Below are positions 12,075-24,389 of a DNA stretch of 64,000 nt, one piece after another. Numbering within the stretch: position 1 is the first letter of the stretch; each line of letters starts with the position of its first letter. The stretch lies in assembly GCA_951406725.2 (NCBI GenBank), contig OX597829.1, positions 22,444,001 to 22,508,000 of the forward strand, given 5' to 3'. The notes under the pieces were generated by a model. That model was not told where the DNA came from. It made no database searches and saw only the letters and a list, made by a program, of their open reading frames with translations. Made by a program: the position numbers and the translations under genes. Origin of the DNA: Octopus vulgaris (lineage: Eukaryota).

Positions 12075-12425
12075 CTGTGTCCATGACCAACACAATTAAC
12101 TGTCAGCAGTCCAGTCTCCCTAGCTGTAAGTAGGTACCACAGTAGTTCACTGTACTCTGTCCATAAACAACACACATAACTGTCAACAATCCAGTCTACC
12201 TAGCTGTAAGTAGGTACCACAGTGTGGTATACTTCACTGTACTCTGTTCCTGACCAATACACCTGTCAACAGTCCAGTCTACTTAGCCGTTTGTAGGTAT
12301 CACAGTGTGATATACTTCACTGTACTCTGTCCATGACCAACACACCTAACTGTCAACAGTCCAGTCTACTTAGCTGTAAGTAGGTATTACAGTGTGGTGG
12401 TATAGTCCACTGTACTGTGTTCATG
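12075..12425. repeat. Tandem repeat, 80-90 bp unit, about 4 copies
   Basis: Units start at about 12077, 12157, 12244, 12327 and 12417. Shared core CTGTCAACAGTCCAGTCTAC(C/T)TAGCTGTAAGTAGGTA..ACAGT....CACTGTACT. Confidence 0.92.
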
Positions 12426-13592
12426 TTGAAGTAGTGGTGGTGATGATAGTGAGTTGTGGAGCTGGTGATGGTGGTGATGTTTCTGTGTCTGAAGAAGCGA
12501 ATAATAGTAGCAATACTAGCAACAGCAATAATGGCTACAACAACAACAACAACAATATAAGCTTTATTAATATAAGGATGTGGCCGTTTCCTTAACTTGC
12601 ATTGTCTGTTAATGTAGCAGAACAAAGGAATCAATGAAACCAAATAATGGATCTAAGGCTGGAATAAATACCAGACTGGCTCAGTTTAGTATATTCTTAT
12701 TTCATTTGTGTGGACACATCAAAGAGAGAACAGTCTTAATTTACTATATGTACACACACACACACACACACACACACATAAATACATATATGTATACATA
12801 TTTTCTCAAATCTTTATATATACATGTAAGTTGCATGATTATGTATGTATATTCCCAGAATGAGCTTAAGGTATTAATTAGATAAAAAGGTATTAGATTG
12901 GAAAAGCATTAATTAGTGACAAGATGAAGAGTAGAAATGAAGAACGAATAGTCGAGACAGAATAGATCTGACTTAATATATCAAGACGTTTGACATCGAC
13001 ATCTCTTACTCTCAATGTCATTGTACAACCTTTTCTGTCCACGCCTTGCTTTCAAAAAAGATGTGGACAGCATCTCATACAGAAACACTTTGGGTATAAA
13101 AGGAAAAAAAAAAAAACAAACAAAAAAAAAACTCTGGAAACAAGACACCGAGTACAAAAGCACCGAGTGACAGTAGATGCAGATAGTGACTCTGCCAAAC
13201 CATATGACAAAGGGACATGTTTGTCCGTGCTGAAGTGGAAGAAGATCAAAGCAAAATGATTATTCGGATTCACTTTGATCATCTAAGAGGAATTTTTCCC
13301 CTTCTCAATCACTTTGAGCTTGAGATATCTCTATATCTCCATTTCTAAGAATGTAGAGAGACTTTTTGTTGAAAATGTAATCAAAAACAAACAAAAAAAA
13401 AAAACAGAGAAAGAAGAAGGAACTGATATTTATAAACTGGGTTTATGGGTTTAAAAAGGCAAAACAATAGCAAAAGTTAAGTGATCCAACATAGCCACTG
13501 CCTTCCAGCTAGAACTTGCCAAAGTGTAAAATTAGAGGAACATCAGTGTGCCTGAATGCAAAAAAAAAAAAATACAAAAACTTCTGCTTAAC

Positions 13593-13628
<36 letters not shown>

Positions 13629-13657
13629 GTATAAGTATATTTCGTTTTTGGATTGCA

Positions 13658-13729
<72 letters not shown>

Positions 13730-13731
13730 TC

Positions 13732-13832
<101 letters not shown>

Positions 13833-13842
13833 TATCAGCTGA

Positions 13843-14550
13843 TGCAGGTGTGGCTGTGTGGTAAGAAGCTTGCTCCTAAACCACATGGTTCTGGGTTCAG
13901 TCCTAACGTGTGGCACCTTGGGCAAGTGTCTTCTACTAATAACCTCAGGCCAACCACAGCCTTGTGAATAGATTTGCAGACGGGAAACTGAAAGAAGCCC
14001 ATCATATGTATGTGCATTAATAATATGTAGACTTTTTAAAAAATTCTTTTACTTGTTTCAGTCATTTGACTGTGGCCATGCTTAAATGGTTTTAGCTGAA
14101 TGATGTGACTCCCACATTAGCTGAAGAAATTGACCCCAGGACTTATTCTTTGTAAGCCTAGTACTTACTCTATAGGTCTTTTTTGCCAAACTGCTATGTG
14201 ACAGGCACATAAATACATCAGCACCTGCTGTCAAGTGATAGTGGGGGTGGAGTGTAACAAACACACATACACCCACACAAATACATATGATGGGCTTCTT
14301 TCAGTTTCCGATATTTATGTTTGTGTCTTTGTGCTTGTGTTTGTTCTGATCCCCACCATCACTTGACAAATGATGTTGGTTTGTTTATATTCCTGTAACT
14401 TTGTGGAAATCAGCTAAAGAAAAGAATAGTACATGTACCAGACTTGGAAAAAAATAATTACTGGAGGGGTAGATTCGCTTGACTGAAACCCCTTCAAGGT
14501 GGTGCCCCAGCATGGCTGTGGTTCAACGACTGAAGCAAATAAAGGATAAA
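13843..14550 (+). mobile_element. SINE family A with a nested antisense 5'-truncated family A copy (about 14045-14310)
   Basis: Sense head to about 14010, then reverse-complement tail and body, then the sense body and tail resume. Confidence 0.82.
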
Positions 14551-14584
14551 AAAGACAAAAGATACATAATTTAGCTTTGTGCCT

Positions 14585-14830
14585 GAAACAGCACACATTC
14601 CACACGGCATACATACCATGCAGCACACATTACACAAACACACGCACACAAAAAAAAAATGTACATTCCACACAGCTTATGATCAACACAGTTCATATTC
14701 CACACAGTACACATTCCATGCAGCACACATTTCACACATGAAACAAAATGCACGTATCACACAGCACACATTCTATGTAGCTCATGTTCAATGCAGTGCA
14801 TATTTTCTGCTCACATACTCTATATACATA
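14585..14830. repeat. Degenerate CA-rich minisatellite (CAGCACACATTCCACA-like)
   Basis: Several imperfect copies of a roughly 16 bp motif. Confidence 0.6.
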
Positions 14831-16014
14831 TATTTTACAGAAACACATACTCAAGTATTAACAATAAATGGCACTGTAACAACAAAGCAACACCTTCTGT
14901 CTACCCTACAAACACTGAAACACTAGATGTAACACACATCCACACAAAAAAAAACAGAACAAATACTGCACATTCAAGGACACACATACACCTGCTGCTG
15001 AAATGAGAAACTCAGGTGAAAATACTGAATAATGATGTTGACGATGATGATGATGATGACGACGACGACAATGGTTTCAAATTTTGGCACAAGGCCAAGC
15101 AATTTGGGGGGGAGCAGGGCGAGTTGATTACATTGACCCCAGTGTTCAACTGGTATTTATTTTAGCGACCCTGAAAGGATGAAAGGCAAAGTTGACCTCG
15201 GAGGAATTTGAACAAGTGAGATGATGATTTTGTCTGATTTACCACCTTATTAATGATAATAGTAACGGTTTCGTATTTTGGCTCAAGGCTAACAATTTAG
15301 GGATAGGGGGGGGAAGGAGGTAAGTCAATTACATTGACCCCCATTGATTAACCCTTTCATCAGTAGGCTCAAGGTATGAAAACTTAGTGTGAGGTGGGGA
15401 TAATTAATTACAGTGATTATAGTAATTAATTATCTGTAAAGTATTTGACTGGTACTTTATCAATCCCTAAACAATGAAAAGCAAAGTCAGCCTCAGCAGA
15501 ATTAGAACTCAGAATGCGAAGCCAAAATAAAGTTGCAAAGCATTTTGTCTGATGTGCTAATGATTCGGCAAGCTTACCCGCTACCTTTACTAATCTACTA
15601 CAATAATACTCTTGTGTTTTTCTCCGTCAAAACATATGAATAAGGAAGGGGTGATGGAAAACTGGTAGTGGGAGCATTTCAACTCTGAGTATAAGTGCGT
15701 GTGTGTGTGTGCATGTGCAATGGAAGTGGGATGGTGAACAGTCAACGCTGAAAAGGAAAATCAAACAGCATTTCAACTCTGTGGGAGTATATGTATGTGT
15801 GTATGTGTGTGCGTATACAAGGGAAGTATGTGAATGTTTGTATGTGTGAATCAGCATTCTTTCAGTAACAAATGACGCTCGATGTCACATCTCAAAAGTC
15901 AACCACTAGATAACATTGACAAGTGTTTTAATACATATTTTTTTATGAAATACTACAATTAGCTTTCAATTTTGACAGTACAGGGTCAACTAATAATAAT
16001 AGTAATAATAATTC

Positions 16015-16150
16015 CCGTTAGGAAGGGCATCCAGCAGTAGAAAACCATGCCAAATCAGACTGAGTCTGGTGCAGCCTTCCAGCATGCTAGTCCAGTTCAA
16101 ACCATCCGACTCATGCCAGCATGAACAACAGACATTAAATGATGATGATG
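16015..16150 (+). mobile_element. Retroposon family C 3' part
   Basis: GTTAGGAAGGGCATCCAGC...CATGCCAGCATG..GACATTAAATGATGATG. Confidence 0.75.
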
Positions 16151-16400
16151 GTGGTGATAATGATGAATAATGTTGGTTTCAAATTTTGGCACAAGGCCAG
16201 CAAGGGCAAGTCAATTACATCAATCCCAGTGCTTTAACTGGTACTTATTTTACCAATCTTGAAAGGATGAAAGGCAAAAATCAACCGCGAGGAATTTGAA
16301 CTCAGAATGTAAAAATGGAACGAAATGCTGCTAAGCACTTTGTCTGATCTGCCAGTAATTCTGCCAACTCACTGCCTTTAATAATAATGATGTCGATGAC

Positions 16401-16438
<38 letters not shown>

Positions 16439-16577
16439 CGACAGTAGTGTCCAACATCAGCACAAGGCCATTTGGGCAGAAGGATACTATTGAGTACATG
16501 AAGTGCTTATGTGATTTGTACTTTATCAGGATGTAGTATCCAGAGAGATGGAACAAGTAATAATAATAATAATAATA

Positions 16578-16616
<39 letters not shown>

Positions 16617-16849
16617 TAATAATAATCTTTTTTATTAAAGGCACATGGCCTGAAATTTTGGTAGGTGGAAATAAGTTGATTACATCAACCCCACTGTTCC
16701 ACTGGTACTTATTCCATCGACCATGGAAGGATGAAAGGCAAAGTCGACTTCAATGGAATTTGAACTCAGAGCATAAAGACAGACGAAACGACACTAAGCA
16801 TTTTGTCCAGCATGCTAACAATTCTACCAGCTTGCCACCTTGGTGGTGG

Positions 16850-16907
<58 letters not shown>

Positions 16908-17090
16908 CATCATCATCATTGTTTAACGTCCGTTCTCCATGCTAGCATGGGTTGGACGGTTCGACCGGGGATCTGGGAAGCCAGAAGGCTGCACCAGGCT
17001 CTGGTCTTATCTGGCAATGTTTCTACAGCTGGATGCCCTTCCTAACGCCAACCACTCCGTGAGTGTAGTGGGTGCTTTTTACGTGCCACC
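16908..17090 (-). mobile_element. Retroposon family C, well preserved (CpG-retaining)
   Basis: Reverse complement GAGTGGTTGGCGTTAGGAAGGGCATCCAGCTGTAGAAAC...GGACGTTAAACAATGATGATG. Confidence 0.8.
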
Positions 17091-17315
17091 TAATAATAAT
17101 AATCCTTTCTATTATAGGCACAAGGCCTGAAATTTGGGGAGAGGGGACTAGTCAATTACATTGATCCCTGTGTTTCACTGGTACTTAATTTATCAACCCT
17201 GAATGGATGAACGACAACGTTAACCATGACAGAAGTGAACTCGTAATGTAATGATGGGTAAAATACTGCTAAGCATTTGCATCCAGTGTGTTAATGATTT
17301 TACCAGCTCACCACC

Positions 17316-17349
<34 letters not shown>

Positions 17350-17699
17350 CAATGATAATGATGATGATGATAATTTCTAAAATAGGCACAAGGCCACATA
17401 TTTGGTGAGGATAGGTTTAGTTTATTATATTAACTCTAGTACTTGACTCACACTTTATTTGACTGACCCCAGAGGAATGGAATGTAAAGTTGACCTTGGC
17501 GGGGCTTGAAACTGGAACGCAAAGATGCATGACTTTGAGGTATGATGCCATAATTTCAAAGTAGGAAACTTGATTAAATCAACCCCAATACTTTATTTTG
17601 AAAATCACAGAAGAATGTGAGCCAAAATTATCATTGACAGAATTTAAACTGTAAAGGTCTACAGTTAAATCAATAATAATAATAATAATAATAATAATC

Positions 17700-17935
17700 C
17701 CACCCAATCTGAAAAAAACATCAGGAAAGTTTAGAAATTACACAACAATCTAGGTGTATCACAAAAGTCAGCATTACTTGGAACTGCATGCATATCGCTT
17801 TAAGTACTGTCTGTCTGAGGTCCTTGCTATGACTTGACAGACAGTACAAACCCTCCAGTAGACACAATAACTTTGATCAATAACCTCACAATATTGCATA
17901 CTGTGCAATGTCAATGATAATAATAATAATAATAA
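17700..17935 (+). pseudogene. 3' end of a restriction-endonuclease-type (R4/Dong/NeSL-like) non-LTR element
   Basis: The translation SQKSALLGTA resembles the C-terminal QK.ALLGTA.ILR motif of these elements. (AAT)n flanks. Confidence 0.5.
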
Positions 17936-17937
17936 TT

Positions 17938-18470
17938 CATTCTTTTATTGGCCACAAGGGCTGATATAAAGATACATTAAAGGACACGGCACAAACATAA
18001 ATGATAACATAAGATGATACAATGGGTTTTCAAATCGTGTACACTGCAAATAACATGGAAATTAAACAAAAAACAAAAATCTCCCAATAGGTGGGGGGGG
18101 GGCACTTTAAGGTCCTCATGGAAAAGCCCACAAAAGCCATGGCTGCCTGATCAACATGGCAAGATCCTTTCTCCTTTAATTAATTTTTTTTTACAGGTGT
18201 ATGCTCAGAATCAGTTCTTTTACACTGACCATTCTTCCAACAAACTTGCTAGAAAGAACACTTCCCCCACCCCTTCCTCTTCAAGTGAAACTTAAAGAAG
18301 TTGATGAGGGTTTGGCCAAAGAGGAGTCTGACTTAAACGAGTCCACCATACTACATCTTTCACTACAGCCACTAGACAAATAACAATTGCCTGCCCCTCT
18401 TGGGCCAAAGGAGGGCAGCGGGGCAATCCTCACTATGGATTCAGCTGACAGCTGGATCAGTCGTGCATGT
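17938..18470 (-). pseudogene. Decayed LINE 3' end (L1/Tx1-like, tentative)
   Basis: Minus-strand peptides AVVKDVVWWTRL and GQTLINFFKFHLKRK, then a UTR ending CCCTTGTGGCCAATAAAAGA before (ATT)n. Confidence 0.4.
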
Positions 18471-18524
18471 AACTACTACTACTACTACTAACAACAACAA
18501 CAACAACAACAACAACAATAATAA

Positions 18525-18710
18525 AGGTTTCAAATTTTGGCACAATGCCAGCAATTTTGGGAGAAGTGGATAGTTGATTACATTTTCTCCAGTACTCATC
18601 TGGTACTTGTCTTATTGATCCTTAAAGGATAAAAGGTTAAGCCAACCTTGGTGGAATTTGAACTCAGAATGTAAAGATGGAGAAAATACTGTGAAGTATT
18701 CTGCCCATTG
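18525..18710 (-). mobile_element. SINE family B
   Basis: Family motifs TTTCAAATTTTGGCACAA, CTGGTACTT and GGAATTTGAACTCAGAATG. Confidence 0.78.
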
Positions 18711-19738
18711 TATGTAATAACAACAACAACAGTGACAGCAATGATGATGATGATGATAACACAACAGTAGATACAAGAATATTTTAGTAATGTTCTAGTA
18801 GTTAACCGATTTTAGTGTGGAAATATTCACAACAGTAAGGCACAATTCCAAAGAGATATCATGAAGAGCAATTAATTTGGAAGAATTAATCTCAGATAGT
18901 TGTAAGAAAATTAATTCTTTAATCCTAGCTAATTATGTAAATTATCTCCGGTCAACTTTTTAAGAAGCAGGTGAAGGATCACGGAAATAAGTTGTAGCAA
19001 ACACGTAGATTATTGTGCGGTTTATTTCACCGAAACAATATGGCACAATGCCAGAGAATAGTACCAGAGAGGATTCTGATATACATCCGTACATACATAA
19101 ATACATACAAATCTTCTCTTGCAGGAATTAAGAAAGAAAGAACTATTTGTAAGAATATCTAAGCTCTGGAGTGTTCCTGTAATTATGGTGTTTGGAAAGC
19201 TAAGAAGCTTTCATTGATGAAAACTACTGCTGTGTCGAGTCAATTGCTAAAAGTAAACTCTTGGAATGATGCCACGGAATAATAGTGGCAAGATTATAGC
19301 GAGATTCTTTAGTACACTTGCACCAAATTCTGTTACGACATCTCGTTTTATATTCTATAATGCTCAGAGAGTTTGTGGTTTCTGATATAAACATTTGCTA
19401 ATAAATAAACATGTGATAAGTCGTATTGACATTTTTAGATTGGCACAAGGCTATGGCAATTCTAAGGAAGACAAGTACATTAAATTGAATCTATCGACCT
19501 ATATTATTTACTGGTTCTTATTTCACTGAACATGTAAGGAAGAACGGTAAATGGTAAACCACAACAGAATGTTGAAAGACTAAGATATTTAGTTCGAATC
19601 ATTACCATTTTATTCCTGCTAACTTGACACAGCTTCATGTAGTGTTAATAGTTGTAGGATATATTTAAATAGTTGTACATATGTAAACATATGTATGTAT
19701 GAATATATATATATATATATATATATACATACACACAC

Positions 19739-19954
19739 TAGGACAGGGTTGAAAAGTTTCTGGCTTTAAGGATATCATGAAAGACCTGGCTGGAGGTCTA
19801 ACCTTTGGAGTTCTTTTACAGGGCTTAGAAAAACTGAAGACAGCTGCAATAAGTGTGTGAATCCGAGAGGGGAATATGTTGAATAAAATCATAATTAACC
19901 AATCCTCCAGTATTTTCTTTTACCCAAAACCAGGAACTTTTCAGCACCCCCTTG
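19739..19954 (+). mobile_element. Mariner-derived MITE
   Basis: Imperfect TIRs GGG.TGAAAAGTTTCTGG / CCAGGAACTTTTCAGCACCCC in TA context. The internal [13 protein letters not shown] matches a mariner transposase C-terminus. Confidence 0.72.
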
Positions 19955-20001
19955 TATGTATATATGTTTGCATACTCACATATATAAGTGTGTATGTGTG
20001 T

Positions 20002-20057
<56 letters not shown>

Positions 20058-20072
20058 GAACTCTGTGTGTGC

Positions 20073-20125
<53 letters not shown>

Positions 20126-20609
20126 TCACTTTCTAATCATCCAACCATGTAGTGTTGGGTTAGAAAGTACCAGATGGAGATTCATTTTACAGTGCTTGGT
20201 TAATTCTGCTAAATTGTTCTTCCAGTTACATGGTAACAATCTTCTCTAAGGCCCTTTATTCTGCTGTGTCACATGACCCGTGATATCACATTTATGGAAT
20301 AGATGATGTCAGAACTGGGCCATAGTCATTTGGTAATAAGCCACACAGAAAACCAAATTTTCAAATTCTATTTCTATTTTATTGACTGTCTGGTGTCTTC
20401 GCATCATATATATATATATATGTGTGTGTGTGTAATCATGCCAAACCAGTTTCAATTAGAAAATTTTAAATTAATTTAATTTAATTTCTCTAATTGAACT
20501 AACTGGATATGGAAATGACTGTAGGGATAAGTTTCATATTATATTGAATGGAATATCTTTGAATAAACTGATGTCTATACATCAATTTCTCCATTTTCTT
20601 TTTTCTCAT

Positions 20610-20711
20610 TCATATGTGTATGTGTGTGTATATGTATGTATATATGTGTGTGTACATGTATGTATATATATATATGTGTGTGTATATATATATATATGTG
20701 TGTGCATATGT

Positions 20712-20742
<31 letters not shown>

Positions 20743-20900
20743 CATATATGTGTATGTACACATATGTGTATATATATATATGTGTGTGTGTGTAGGTGTG
20801 TGTATATAGGTATATGTGTGTGTATGCGTATATATGTATATGTATATATATGTGTGTATGTATGTGTATATATATATGTGTGTGTGTGTGTATGTATATA
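20610..20900. repeat. Mixed (TA/TG)n low-complexity tract
   Basis: Direct reading. Similar tracts at 21830-22120, 25660-26190 and 29520-31170. Confidence 0.9.
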
Positions 20901-21129
20901 TTCTTTTACTTGTTTCAGTCATTTGACTGTGGCCATGCTGGAGCACTACCTTGTAATATGTAACATGTTCGGGTGGTGGCTTAGTGCTTAGGGTGCCGCA
21001 CTTAGAACATACAACAACAGACAATTCAATGCCCGCTCATCCAACTGTAAACCACATGAGTCTGGGTTCAGTCCCAATTCATGGCACCTAGGGCAAATGA
21101 CTTCTGCTTGTAGCCTCGGTTTTGGCCTG

Positions 21130-21302
21130 AGATTTTTATCAAAGTATTTTCTCCCCTTGTTTTTTCTGTGTCCCTTTCTGTGGAAGAGTGTAGGCTCAAA
21201 ACGTAAAAGACTTTTTCTATTCCTGAGCATTATACTAATACATCTGTTTGTTTTGTACACCACCTGTCTTCGTCTTTTGCTTTTTTCGCAAACTCTCCCT
21301 AT
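21130..21302 (+). mobile_element. Short Penelope-like terminal fragment with degenerate hammerhead-like motif
   Basis: CTTT-CTGTGGA-A-GAGTGTAGGCTC-AAAACGTA-AAAG at 21174-21210. A related, more decayed copy lies on the minus strand at about 37875-38145. Confidence 0.45.
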
Positions 21303-21494
21303 TTAGTTTAGAATTTGAACAACGAGTATTGGAAAACATGTAATGATGAATACCAGAATACGAAAGACTCTGAGTAAGTGAGTAACTGCAATGAGTATCA
21401 GGGTACATGCTGCTTGCATTGGAACATTCATATGTTGGAGTGAGTATCTCTTTTCACTTAAAAAATATCTTTCTACGCCTTTCATATTTGTATA

Positions 21495-21830
21495 TTATCA
21501 ACATTTAATGTCTGTCTTCCATGCAAGTATTGCTTGGACAGTTTCACAGGATCCATTGAGCAGGAGGATAGTGCCGAGCACCATGGCCTGTTTTGGCATG
21601 GTCTCAGCAATTGGATTCCCTTCCTAATGCCAACCACATTACAGAGTGCACACAGTGCATTTTTCATGGTGCCAGCACTGAGGTCGTTTCACAAGATAAA
21701 GAAAAGACCATTGACTGAGTGGGGTTGTGGCTGATAAGGAGGTTGCTTTATGTTAAGTGTTGAGAAGCTAAAGTAAGACAGAGAGACAGGAACAGGTGTT
21801 GCTGTAGAAGAGATACATGGCTACCCTATA
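21495..21830 (-). mobile_element. Retroposon family C, decayed
   Basis: CATTTAATGTCTGTCTTCCATGC..., GGATTCCCTTCCTAATGCCAACCAC. Confidence 0.65.
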
Positions 21831-21832
21831 TC

Positions 21833-21877
<45 letters not shown>

Positions 21878-22165
21878 AATATGTGTGTGTGTATATATAT
21901 ATATATACATACATATAAATATACAATATATACATACACATATATATATATACATAGATATACATAAACATATATATATACATATACATATATACATATA
22001 TATACATACACATATATAAATGCATATACATACATATATATATATATATACACATATATATATACACATATTTATATACATACATATTTATACATATATA
22101 TATACATATACATACATACAAATACAACCTAAGCCAATGTGGAAGGAGGACATTAAACGATGATG

Positions 22166-22214
<49 letters not shown>

Positions 22215-22215
<1 letters not shown>

Positions 22216-22765
22216 GAGGGTGAGTCAAAAAGTAATGCCATTTTGTTTAGGACAGGTATAATCACCAACACAGGAACATGTATCCATGCATCAAAATGAA
22301 GCTGGTCCTCTGTGGATCACATCCCTACTTCTCAACATAGTCACCGTTTCTTTCAATAGCTATGTTCCACCTTCGAATGAGAGCATGTATCTCTGCCTTG
22401 TAAAATTCTGTTGACTGGTTTTTGAGCCACTTCTTCACTACAGTTTTCACTTCCTTGTCGCTGGAAAAATGTTTGCCTCTCAAACCCTCTTTTCATGGGG
22501 CTGAAGAGATGATAGTCCAGTGACGAGGAAGTGAAAACTATATTGAAGAAGTGGCTCAAAGAACAGTCAACAAAATTTTACTGGGCAGGGATACATGCCT
22601 TCATTCGAAGGGGGAACATTGCTATTGAGAGAAACAGTGACTATGTTGAAAAGTAGGGATGTGATCCACAGAAGACCAGCTTCATTTTGATGCATGATAC
22701 ATGTTCCTGTGTTGGTGATTATACCTGTCCTAAACAAAATGGCATTACTTTTTGACTCACCCTCG
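22215..22765. mobile_element. Mariner-derived fold-back (palindromic) element
   Basis: TA|CGAGGGTGAGTCAAAAAGTAATGCC...GGCATTACTTTTTGACTCACCCTCG|TA, with arms of about 250 bp. The right arm encodes SSDEEVKTILKKWLKEQSTKFYWAGIHAFIRRGNIAIERNSDYVEK*, and the loop carries DYHLF on the minus strand. Confidence 0.92.
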
Positions 22766-22767
22766 TA

Positions 22768-23150
22768 TACTCTTTTACTTGTTTCAGTCATTTGACTGCG
22801 GCCATGCTGGAGCACCGCCTTTAATCAAGCAACTCGACCCTGGGACTTATTCTTTGTAAGCCCAGTACTTATTCTATCGGTCTCTTTTGCCGAACCGCTA
22901 AGTGACGGGGACATAAACACACCAGCATCGGTTGTCAAGCAATGCTAGGGGGACAAACACAGACACACATATATATATATACATATATACGACGGGCTTC
23001 TTTCAGTTTCTGTCTACCAAATCCACTCACAAAGCTTTGGTCGGCCCCAGGCTATAGTAGAAGACACTTGCCCAAGGTGCAATGCAGTGGGACTGAACCC
23101 GGAACCATGTGGTTGGTAAGCAAGCTACTTACCACACAGCCAATCCTGCG

Positions 23151-23152
<2 letters not shown>
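22768..23152 (-). mobile_element. Full-length SINE family A, low divergence
   Basis: Near-perfect reverse complement of 5206-5597. Confidence 0.92.
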
Positions 23153-23210
<58 letters not shown>

Positions 23211-24389
23211 TACAAATATTTTTTTTAAAGTGAAATTGTACAAATGAATGATGCTTTTTAGAAAATGGTTAACAATATTTTGGAAGCAGCAAAGCAGAAG
23301 TTATTCAGTAAACGCTTCATCAGCTATTTTTTTTCTCTCACTTCTGGGATAGATACATCTCTGTAAACAAAAGTACTTCCAGTGCTTTTTGCTAACGTTT
23401 ACCATTCAAGTACAAGGTTGTTCTTTTTGGCACAAAAACTGCTTTATTGTAAGTTTTATTGGCACTGAATGTAAGAAAGTAAGAAATTGGAACATAAGAA
23501 TCTAGCCAGTAATTGAACAAAAACTGCAAGATTAACAGAAGTTATATCATATATGAAGCACAAGAGAAAAACTTTCAAATCTTGTAATTGGAGGTTTGGA
23601 ATTTTGGCACCATTTTCCTAATTCTTTCCATCTTAATATAAAACATATCTATTTTTCTTTTTTGTGTGTAGCAGTACATACGCATATCTAGTGTTGTATG
23701 CAAAGGCATAGATGCATGTTTGTAAGTGCTTGTGTGTGTGAGTACACACACACACATACATATATACATATGCACATACATACATATATAAATGTATATA
23801 GTGTATGTATATTTAGTAAATGGTATGCACTGGTTCTTAAAGAGGCTCAACTTCAGGAAACATGTATAGGTTTTTATCATTACACTTAGAGATAGAATTC
23901 ACAGAATTTCAGTTATTTGTGTTAATTCCTGAAGCTACTGTTTCTATTTTCAGAATAACCAGGTCTTTAACAGGCACCAATGATAAAAATGCGAATCAAA
24001 TTACATAATTTACCAATTCTGAATCAATTCTCTACAAATGTTCTCATTTTTCACCGACTTGCCAATCAGACAGCTGACTTACCCATTATAACACAGTTTC
24101 TTGTTATTTAGAGCAAATCACAAAATCTTCTGAGAGAGAATTTGATACAAGAATTCATTAGAAATGTTTTTACCAGTATTCCTTATTTTCAAGGTGGCAC
24201 TGTTGTCCTTGATACCTCCCTTGTAATTAGGTAAATTTTTATAAATATATTCTCTTCTGTGTTTATTCTATGAATTCCTGCTCTGAAGAAGGAGCTTGTT
24301 ACTAAGAAAGAAATAAGGTCTCCTTTAAAATTTAGAAGGCAAGTTCCATACTTGATTTTAACCACTTTGGTTCCCATATTTCTGTTGGA

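Larger units (their letters stand above)
15070..17660 (-). mobile_element. Cluster of about 8 co-oriented SINE family B copies/fragments interspersed with (AAT)n/(GAT)n
   Basis: The GGCACAAGGC...TTACATTGACCCC...CTGGTACTT...GGATGAAAGGCAAAG motif recurs at about 15070, 15270, 15360, 16175, 16625, 17100, 17380 and 17560. Confidence 0.8.

Noticed and set aside
12075-12425. CRISPR-like array or tRNA cluster
   Set aside because: There are no unique spacers, the context is eukaryotic with no cas genes, and there is no tRNA T-loop or acceptor stem.
19110-19215. Possible exon after TCTTCTCTTGCAG acceptor-like site
   Set aside because: Short frames with early stops and no recognisable peptide; unsupported without RNA data.
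21340-21380. TGATGA...GAAAG-ACTCTGAGTA resembling the 5639 hammerhead
   Set aside because: The core C is missing, and stems I and II cannot be formed.
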